64,000 bases of DNA, from assembly GCA_053919585.1 (NCBI GenBank), contig CM132804.1. One strand, written 5' to 3'. This DNA comes from Euprymna scolopes. Lineage: Eukaryota. Below the pieces are notes generated by a model. It ran no database searches. It saw only the letters and a program-made list of their open reading frames with translations, and was not told the DNA's origin. Made by a program: the position numbers and the translations under genes. Numbering within the stretch: the first letter of the stretch is position 1; each line of letters begins with the position of its first letter. Positions 54,601-64,000 of the stretch are shown here, one piece after another.

Positions 54601-55340
54601 TTTAACGAGGGTTGTAACCGAACATCCGGTTTGCAACTTCCGGTTGGGCATGTGTACATAAATATAAACCCATAACAGCCTAAACAAATAAACACAAATC
54701 GCTAGTTTCTCATATATTGATATGCGCACTGAAATATTAAGGTTTTTATTTAGAAATTATTATTTAATATGGGAAGAGTGAGGATGTGGATGGTTTGCAA
54801 CTATTCTGTATTACAAGTATACTGTCGCAATTTTCTTACAAATAAATCAACTTTGACCTGTTGACAACGTATTGTTTTACTGTGTACTTTTTCGACGCCC
54901 CAATTGATTTTTCGCGTTTTTATTATCTAAATACTTGTTAATACTTTCTGCATTTTTTACATCGCTCATTTCCGTATTAGGTTTAAGTTAGTTTAACGCA
55001 ATTTTCTTACAAATACATCTACTTCTACCTTTGACAAGCATAAGAACATTTTACAACCTATTGTTTTACTGTGTTCGTTTTCAGCGCCCCTATTGTGTTT
55101 TTTTTTTCGCGTTTAAATTAAACAATATATCAAAATGTGAATAGTGCAAATTTATATATAAGTATGGCAAACCACATATAATTCAATGGCTGCACGTTTG
55201 TTTTTTTTTCAAAAATAAACAAGTATAAACAGAATGACTCATAGAAATGTATCTCTGTTATTTTTTTCATTTTAAATATACTTTCATGGAAATGTTTCTG
55301 TTATGTCACAAAAACGAGCAAGTGCCCCATTAAGCTCATA
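54601..55340 (+). repeat. Unclassified ~750-bp interspersed repeat, copy 2
   Basis: Colinear with 41828-42590. Confidence 0.85.
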
Positions 55341-55416
55341 TATATTGCACTGACATTAATTTATAAATGTTTGTTTCCGTAAAACTTCGGATATTGAAAA
55401 CAAATATTACAATGAA

Positions 55417-55470
<54 letters not shown>

Positions 55471-55942
55471 CATGTATTAGAATATAATTTTAGAATTATT
55501 GCCAAAGTAACACATCTCTCGCCAATTATGATTCTATAGCACTAAACCTTTTTTTTATCTTTTATCATATTTTTTTTTTTTTCGAATCAAGAATTGAGTT
55601 TGCACCCTTGGTTCAGGAAAACACGTAAACGACTTTTTTTTTTTTTAATATAGATGCGTTTGGATTTTCCGTTTACATGGGTCATTTGCATGATTACTTC
55701 CTGAATTGTTGGCCAGATTAATGTGCGATCTTTTGTTTTTATCCTATATCCAGCGATCAGGAGAAAGCTGTTATCATAGAAGGGAACCACACAGTCATGT
55801 TCAAAAGTGTATTCAACGCATGCATAAGCAGTATATCATCTTCACTTAAAAAAAAGTTGGGGCACCAGATTTAAATATTAAGTGAGCACTTCCCGATACA
55901 ATTAAAACAATTGAAGAAAGCTAACATATTTCACGATAAATT

Positions 55943-56170
55943 ATAATCACCTTTACATACGTGTTCTCGCCAAATAACCGAAGCAGCGGTTAGCTTGACC
56001 CGTACCAGATGAGTTATCATTTGGCGCTTTTTGTACCGCCCGTGTGACAAAATATTTCACAGGTTGGTATATGTGGGCGCGTTTAAATCAATGTGATAGA
56101 GCCCCCCCAAACTATTCATTAAGGCATCTCTGGAAAGAAAAACCCTAATATAAATACGTGAGGCCTGCCG
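55943..56170 (+). mobile_element. Second, more decayed 5S-derived SINE-like head
   Basis: ataatcacc...gttctcgccaaataaccgaagcagcggttagc...gtaccagatgagttatcatttgg aligns with 33048-33130. Confidence 0.5.
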
Positions 56171-56776
56171 TCTACTATGTTTAGTTGCATCCATTTCATC
56201 AAGATTAGCATTTTTAACATCAGGTATGGTTGGATTTGCATAAAGTCCTCACGACTATGAAAATCATCAGTGAGAAATTCCGAACAACTGAGTGTTGTGT
56301 TGGATTAATGCATCACTTATGATAAATTTGAAAATATATAAAATAGTACAATGTTTAGATTTTATTTTAATAATAATAATAAATTGTTGTGTATTAAAAT
56401 TGATTTGCTTTGCTGTAAAAAAACAAAAGGAAACGACAAAACGAGATGCAAAAAATAACAACTTGCGAGACGTGTGGAAATTCACAGGGGACTCATTCAT
56501 ATGTAATATATTGATGTTGGTATTCATGGCGTAAATAAAGATGCTCTGATATTTTTGTAACTCTTGTTAAAACTGCAAAAGCATTTATCTAACTCGCAAG
56601 GACACCCGATGTAGCCAAGTCGTTTACTACGCTTAAATATGATATTTTAATTCTTGCAGATTTCTACTATATTATGATAGAGTGAATGTTCTATCGATGT
56701 TTATATATTGTAAAGTTGCGACTTCAAAAATAAATAAATATATCCATATGATTGTGTGCAACAGTTTGAGTTCATT

Positions 56777-57020
56777 CAGCTATAATAGTAAATGAAACCA
56801 AAATTTATGAAGAATTCTTGATAAAATTATGTATAAAAAATGGATATGGAGTTCCATCACCTATAATTGAAATCGACACACACATTTTTGAAGAAGTCTT
56901 GGGAAAATTATTTATGAGAAAATAAAGGACTTAAGTGCCACCAGCTATAATCGAAACCAAAACCAAAACAAAAACTTATGGAAAATTCTTGGCAAAATTA
57001 TAGATTATAAGAAATGGGAA
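56777..57020. repeat. Three diverged ~83-bp tandem units
   Basis: ca.ctataat...gaaa.c...ttt.tg.a.aa.tcttg..aaaattat at ~56777, 56858 and 56942. Confidence 0.7.
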
Positions 57021-57231
57021 TCCATAGTTAAACAATAATCACTCGGAAGTAATCGTGACACATAAAATAATTACCACCCCCTTTTATATTGGTAGAGAGG
57101 TTGGTTGATATCGGTTAGTAAATTAAGAAATAATCATAACGGAATAAGAAATAGTTTTTTTTTTAATCTCTTAAAGAACGCCTACGGCGAACGGTGAACT
57201 TAAATTACAATATAAATATGAAATCATGCAC

Positions 57232-60200
57232 CCCCTTTTGGCCTTTAGTGGGGTAATTCTTCCTTGTCCTACCACGTGCCCTAGGTATTTTACCTCGGCC
57301 TTACAAAATTTTCTTTTCGCTATATTTATGGTTAGCGTGGATGATCGCAGCCTTTGGAATACTTTCCTTATTGTTTCGACATGCTCTGCCTACGTGTCTT
57401 CATAGATCACTATGTCGTCTATGTAGGCATCTACATTTGCTATCCCAGCGAGACACGCATTCATTAATCTTACAAACGTGGCCTGCGAGTTCGTCATGCC
57501 AAAGGGTATCACTCGGTATTGATATATTTCCTCAGGGGTAACAAATGCCGATATTTGTTTGGCTCGTTCTATTAGGGGTACCGCCCAATACCCCTTCAAG
57601 CGATCGCATTTGGTGATATATTTTGCTCGCCCTACTATATCTATACAGTCGCCTATTCTGGGAAAAGGATATGAGTCGGCCTTGTTGAGCGCGTTTACTT
57701 TTCGATAGTAAGTGTAAAATCGCACTCTCACATCGGGCTTGTCTACTAGCACGCACTGTGATGGCCACTAACTTCGTACTGGGGTCTATCATCCCATGAT
57801 CTTACATATAGTCTATCTCTTCCTTTAGAACTGCTAGTTTTCTCGGACTTAGGCGATATGGGTGTTGTCTAATCAGTTTATCCTCTTTCAGTTCTACATC
57901 GTGCACTGCTGCATTGGTGCACCTAGGCGCATCTGAGAATAAGTCTCTGTACTCTGAGAGTATTGTTTTTAAACTTTCCTTCGAAGGTGGGTGGGCAAAT
58001 TTGGCATCTAAATTTCCCAAGACCGCTGAGTTGTTTAACTTCCTAGGTGGGTCCTTGGCCACACCGGCTTCCCTCTCAGCGCTGGTCAGTTCCAATTCTC
58101 CCTGGATACGTGGAGCTATCAGCACCGCTTTCTCTTCCGCCCTTCTAAAATATTTTCGCATCATATTAACATGAGATACTTGCGTCTTCTTTCTACGTTC
58201 TGGGGTATCTATTAGGTAGTAAAGGGAGCTAATCTTTTTGGCTACTGCATAGGGTCCCTGGTATCTGGCCTTAAATGCTGGCCGTTTAGGATAACAGTAG
58301 TAGAACTTCCTCCCCTTCTTTGAATTCTCTTTTCATCGTTTTCTTGTCGTATTCGGCTTTCATGGTTTTCTGACTATTCTCTAGGTCATCTCTGGCTAAC
58401 TCTCGCACTTCTGACAGTTTTTGCATTGAAGCCACATATTCCGACATATTGTTCGGCATGGGCTCATCGTTTACCCATCGTTCTTTTATTAGTTTTAATA
58501 ACCAAAAACTAACTCGAATGGGATGAACCCTAGTGATTCATGTACTGCTTCACGCGCCGCAAACAACACGAAGGGAATACCTCTGTCCCACTCGTCATCA
58601 TGTTGCACACAATTTGTTTTTAGCATAGTTTTGAGTGTGGCGTAAAAGCGTTCCAGCGCTCCCTGGGACTGCGGCTGATATGCGCTTGATCTGACGTGCG
58701 TGACTCCTAATTGTGTCGCCGTCTGCCTGAAGATCTTTGATATGAAATTAGATCCTTGGTCGGTCTGCTTGTTTTTGGTAATCCCACCTTTGTAAAGAAA
58801 GTTATCAGGGTGTCTACTATCCTTTTTCGCCGATATAGTCCGCAATGTGATCGCTTCAGGGGATCTGGTGGACGCACACATTATAGTCATTATATATTTA
58901 TGGCCGGATTTAGTTTTAGGCAACGGCCCAACACAGTCGAAAATCACCTGACCGAAAGGTTCCTCCACTGCTGGTATTGGTTTGGTGTGGCGCCAGAGGA
59001 ATCTTCTGGCTGGGGTTTCCTGTCACTTGGCATGTCTTGCATGTTCGACAGAACATTTTCACGTTCCCTATGATTCATGGCCAATCGAAGTGTCTCGTGA
59101 GCTGTTCGTGCATCTTAGTGACACCCAGCTTACCCGCCAGTGGTATCTCGTGTGCAAATTTTTGGCACTCCCTCCCTGTACGCTTTCGGCACCATCAATT
59201 GCTCGCGCACGCTCCGGTCTATCCCCTCCGTCACACTGGGCGGATTCCACCTTCTCATTAATACGCCGGTATTGAGGAAGTATTTTCCTGCCCTGCCATT
59301 GGATTCTTCATTTCTGATCCGCCCAAACAAGGGTTTCAAATCGACATCGTTTCGTTGTTCCCTAATTAGTTCTTTTCGCGGTATTAAAAGATTAGATCGC
59401 AACCCTATCTCTTCTTTTGCTTGGCCCTTGCTTTCTGGTGACCTAGTAGTAGACTTCTCCCTCGTCTTTACAATTGCCGATGCCTTATCTTCTGATGCCT
59501 TGAGTTCCCCAATGGATTAAGATTTCATTTGGCTCGAAGGTTTGATTCGGCTTTTGGCAATGTTGTTATCTACTATCATCGCCACGCCGGCCATAGGTAA
59601 GCTACTAATGACTCCCACGATGATCTCGCCTGATATCCAATCTGATTCTTGGTAAATTTTAACTAGAGGAATTTTCATAGGCTTATCTTCTATGCCTCTA
59701 ATAGTGACTGCCGTATTGAAGGTTGTTTTTATTCCCTTGGGCACGTGGTTCCTTAGCACTAAGGATTGGGATGTACCTGTGTCTCTTAGGATATTGATGG
59801 GCCTTCTCTGGCTCTTCGGGAAATGTATCCTCTCGACGTGAAGTGTGTATACGCCGCTTCTACATTTGCGTGTACCATCAACTATTGTTTAGTTGGGGGA
59901 TTTCGAATTTGTTCCAGGCCTCGCTTCGCCCAACAGTTTGCAGCTATGTTACCCAGCTTCTTACAGTTGAAGCACGCTTACCCTTAACCCCCTGATTTTT
60001 TGTTGGTATGCTCTTGGGATTAGTTAATACGCCTTAAAATCGCCGCCTTGGCGGTTTCATAATCTACGCAGCCCTCTGCTGGGAGCGCAACGTACGACCT
60101 TTGTGCTTTCCCATACAGCGTTTTTTGTAGTAGCATAGTCCAGCATTCCTTCGGCCAGCCCATATTAAGAGCTGTTCTTTCAAAGTGGGCGAAGTAATCG

Positions 60201-60410
60201 TCCACTTCAGTTTCGGCGAATTTAGGGACCAGCCTTACGTGTTTCTTCACGTCGAAGCTATTCAGTCTATTCTCGTCTGTTTGGTGTCTTATGGTTAGAT
60301 AACTCATCCGCGTGTCTTGTTCAATTCTGGCTTTCTCAATCTCCATCCTAGCAAATATTTTTGCCTTCTCTAATTCTACTTCGGCTGGAATCATAGTTTC
60401 CATTTCTGGT
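57232..60410 (-). mobile_element. Decayed Ty3/Gypsy retrotransposon interior with Gmr1-type order gag-PR-INT-RT; no LTRs seen
   Basis: Gag 'FDVKKHVRLVPKF.E.EVDDYFAHFERTA' (60020-60410), zinc knuckle remnant 'CFNCKKLGNIAANC', protease 'INILRDTGTSQSL' (~59800), integrase 'EPFGQVIFDCVGPLP..TDQGSNF..SAYQPQSQGALERF' (58495-58968), then RT 'RQHPYRLSP..YRKVNA..LKGYWAVP..PFG..AYIDD..YLGHVVG' (57900-57232). RNase H is truncated away. Confidence 0.92.
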
Positions 60411-61329
60411 GGCAATTCCTCTAGCGTTTCCTGCTCAAACATCCCAAGCGTGAATTTAAATTCCAAAAAAAAATAATAAATAATAATAACAAATAAATAA
60501 ACGCACTAGCGTTCGAGACGTACACACCTCCCTCTCCCTCCCTCCATCCCTCTGAAAATGCAATGCGCGAGAGGGCTCACTGTCAGCGAAGCTGATAAAA
60601 AGGAAAAGTGAAAGAAAAAGTGAAATCGACGCGGACGAATAAAGAAAGCAGATGTTGAACTGAGCGTTTTGTCAACGGTGAAAAACGATAGCGTTCGTAT
60701 AAAAAAATTAAGAGGCAAGAAAAAAGATAGAAAAGAAAAAAACGAGACTGTAGAGAGCAGTGAACGGTGTCAAATTGGCCGGTTGTTTGTTTACATTTGA
60801 GCGAATAATTAATAAAAAAACACGAAAACTCGCTATGAGCCTGTGGTGCTCAGGAATGCCCAACGCGCTGCGTAAACATATTTCCCTGAAATAAACAGGA
60901 GTTGAATTCTTTCGGCCGAGAATGGACATCATGGAAAGTTCACGGCGAAGACATTAAAGATGAATAAGAAGAGGGTTGCAACAAACAAAAATATCGTCAT
61001 GTTGACGGGCGTCCCCATCCAAGAAGAAACCAAACAGGAAAAATCTCGCGAATGATGAACTTTGCGGAGACATTATGAAACATGAAAGTCCAATTGGATA
61101 AAGTTAAGTGACTATTATGATTTCCCCATCCCGATATCCCCGCTCCGTTTCCTTGGCCAAACTGTCATACCATAATGGAAATAGTATATACATTATTTCT
61201 TTTATGATGTTTCTTTTTTATCATCCGACCTCACCCCAATCTATTGCGGTGTGATATTAAATTTAAGGATGTTGAATAAAATTCGTGGTTTTAGATTCTA
61301 GCGTTGTCATTTTGCTTTGAATTTGAATC

Positions 61330-61772
61330 GTTCGGAACAAAATGTGCAAATGAGCACCTCAGACAATGTATGTATGTATGTATGTATGCATGTCAGCATT
61401 AAACTTTCAATAGAGCCGACAGATATTCCACCGTCAGTATCGTTTTTAATTTCGACCTTACATACGACAAGTATCGAAAAATTGGCTAAAAACATTAATA
61501 TCTTCCCCTTCAACCAGACAGTTTTCTACAGGGGGGTAACTTTTACGCTGATATTTTTTAAAGTTATCCTCTCCTTTAGATTGTCGAGCCTTAATTTAAA
61601 AAAAAATGTCGCTTCCGTTTTGGCGATGATCGTAACAGCATAAACGTAAGGTTTTACCCCGTTCCTTTCCTACTTAGCGGTACGGGTTCGAGCCAGCCTT
61701 CCTAAGACAACTTTTATTTTTTGCTAAACATACACATCCAAACACATGGGTAACGCCGGGCTGAAATGCTAG
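61330..61772 (+). mobile_element. Non-autonomous Helitron (3' half)
   Basis: Homologous to ~30055-30436. It ends GGGTAACGCCGGG-CTGAAATG-CTAG at 61772. Confidence 0.82.
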
Positions 61773-62011
61773 TCTATGTATATTTATATAAAAGTGGGCG
61801 TGTGTGGGTGTGTGGGTGTCTGTGTGTGCGTGTCTGTCTGTGTGTCTGTGTATATCTCCCTACGCAATAACTCTGTCAATTTTAAACCTAGAGATTCGAA
61901 ATTTAATATACAGGGTACTGAGATGCGGGAACATCGATGTGATTCGGGTTCGGACAGAAATTTAGCGATTAATGGGGCATGATAGGTGTCAAATTTACAA
62001 AAAATTGACCG

Positions 62012-62043
<32 letters not shown>

Positions 62044-62070
62044 CAGCATACACCTGAAAACACCCGGGTA
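61773..62070 (+). mobile_element. Short non-autonomous Helitron starting directly after the previous CTAG
   Basis: The 5' end is TCTATGTATATTTATATAAAAGT plus a GT tract, as at 29556. The hairpin start CCCGGG lies at the gap edge. Confidence 0.8.
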
Positions 62071-62223
62071 NNNNNNNNNNNNNNNNNNNNNNNNNNNNNN
62101 NNNNNNNNNNNNNNNNNNNNNNNNNNNNNNNNNNNNNNNNNNNNNNNNNNNNNNNNNNNNNNNNNNNNNNNNNNNNNNNNNNNNNNNNNNNNNNNNNNNN
62201 NNNNNNNNNNNNNNNNNNNNNNN

Positions 62224-63069
62224 CCCGGGTGTTTGAATGTGTATGTTGGGCAAAAAAAAAGTGGTAGTAGAAAGGCAGGCTCGAACCCATATCGCAAAGG
62301 AGGAAAATAACGGGGTAAAACCTAACGTTTATGCTATTACGACCACCGCCAAAACGGAAGCGGTATTTTTTTAAAAAATTAAGGCTAGACAATCTAAAGG
62401 ACAGGACAACTTTCAAAAATATCAGCGAAAAAAGTGATCCACGCCCTCTAGAAAAATGCGTAGTTGAAGGGGAAGATATTCATGTTTTAACCAATGGTTC
62501 GATATTTGTCGTATGAAAGGTCGAACTTTAAAACGGTATTGATCTTGGTAAAATCCGTCGACTCTATTGAACGTTTAATGCAAACATGCAAATAGACATA
62601 CATACATACATTTATATATTGGTAACATAAAATTTTCGACCCAAACTGATGATGCCTGTTGCCATATCTCTGAATACCCTTTATGTAAAATTCCAAATAT
62701 TTTGACATGAAAATTGTCTGAGTGATATGGAAGAGAAGGCAGAGGTAATCTTTTTTTAACTGTTATGGCCCTTAAAATTCATTGTTTTGGGGTCAAATCA
62801 AGTTATTAAGTCAGATCCATGTCCAAGGAACCTATATTTAAAATGTCAAGCGCGTAGACCCAAGATTATCGGAGGAGTTTTGTAGAGTTCTCAAAGGTCG
62901 TATCGTTGAACCTTGCCCCTTTAATCGCCAAATTTCTGTCCAAAAACTAACCACTTCGATTTTCCCTAATCTCAGTACCGTGTATATCAAATTTCGAGTC
63001 TGTAGACTAAAAAATTCAAAGTTATTGCGTAGGGAAATGTACACATACACACACACAGAGACAGAGACG
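62224..63069 (-). mobile_element. Non-autonomous Helitron, long form, inverted
   Basis: The reverse complement is colinear with 29600-30415. Both termini lie in gaps. Confidence 0.82.
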
Positions 63070-63272
63070 NNNNNNNNNNNNNNNNNNNNNNNNNNNNNNN
63101 NNNNNNNNNNNNNNNNNNNNNNNNNNNNNNNNNNNNNNNNNNNNNNNNNNNNNNNNNNNNNNNNNNNNNNNNNNNNNNNNNNNNNNNNNNNNNNNNNNNN
63201 NNNNNNNNNNNNNNNNNNNNNNNNNNNNNNNNNNNNNNNNNNNNNNNNNNNNNNNNNNNNNNNNNNNNNNNN

Positions 63273-63636
63273 TTGCCTGGGTGTTTGGGTCTCTATTTTG
63301 AGCATAAAAATGGTCAATTTTGTTTAAAAAAGTGTACCCTTATTCTGACCCCTTTACATGTATTGTCAAGTTATTAAGTGTGAGCCATGTCTAAGGAACC
63401 TATATCTTAAACTTTAAGTGTTCAGACCAAAAATTGTCGGAGGAGTTTGGTAGAGTTCTCAAAGGTCAAATCGTTTATCTTGGACCCCTTAACAGCCAAA
63501 TTTTTGGCCTAACACGGATTACAAAGATGTTATCTAATTTCAGTACCCTGTATATTAAATTTCGTGTTATAGTGTAGGAAAATATACACACACAGACACA
63601 CCGTCACATACACATGCTCAATTTTATAGATATTGA
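63273..63636 (-). mobile_element. Non-autonomous Helitron, short form, inverted
   Basis: The reverse complement starts TCAATATCTATAAAA plus a GT tract, is colinear with 40029-40360 and ends in the hairpin start CCCAGGCAA at the gap. Confidence 0.78.
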
Positions 63637-64000
63637 CAAAAAAGGTATACGTATACACGATCATATGGAGACAATTTTGTGTTTACTGTTAACTTTTTAC
63701 GCAAATATTATGCAAGAATAAATCATGTAGAATATCTGCATGAATTACAGATAAAAGTTAACTAAAGATGATTATCCCATTAGAAAATCGAAAAACACTT
63801 ATAGGGAATTAATTGAAATGAATGTTCAAAAGAATATGCATATTAGCTAGATCTATTGCTAGTGAATGACATTCCACAACCCATATATTAGCAAATTGTA
63901 TTTTTTTTAATAAGTAGAATTTTTTTTTAATATGAATATCAATACATATAAAAAAATGAAATTATAGGATTATAGATATATTTTTTTGTGTAGATATACG

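Noticed and set aside
54218-54729. Long ORFs containing X runs (also at the other N-gaps)
   Set aside because: They are open only because N-runs contain no stop codons.

Overview
This is AT-rich, repeat-saturated eukaryotic DNA, most likely from an invertebrate animal, in a gapped draft assembly with about 18 N-runs. No intact host gene can be supported. The window is made up of decayed mobile elements: two Mariner copies, a DD37E (TRT-type) Tc1 element, a classical Tc1, four CR1/L2-group LINE pieces, a near full-length RTE LINE, a Penelope-like element, a decayed autonomous Helitron with many non-autonomous relatives, a Gypsy element with Gmr1-type order (integrase before RT), two 5S-rRNA-derived SINE-like heads and many (TA)n tracts. 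The most interesting signals are non-coding. (1) A complete HDV-like ribozyme fold lies in the RTE 5' UTR. (2) A ~55-bp satellite is built from tandem Helitron 3' termini (hairpin + CTAG) and was later split by a LINE insertion. (3) A head-to-tail CTAG|TC Helitron junction sits in a Helitron cluster. (4) Two small inverted-repeat elements carry minimal Penelope-type hammerhead cores. All calls come from manual reading and translation; no searches were run.
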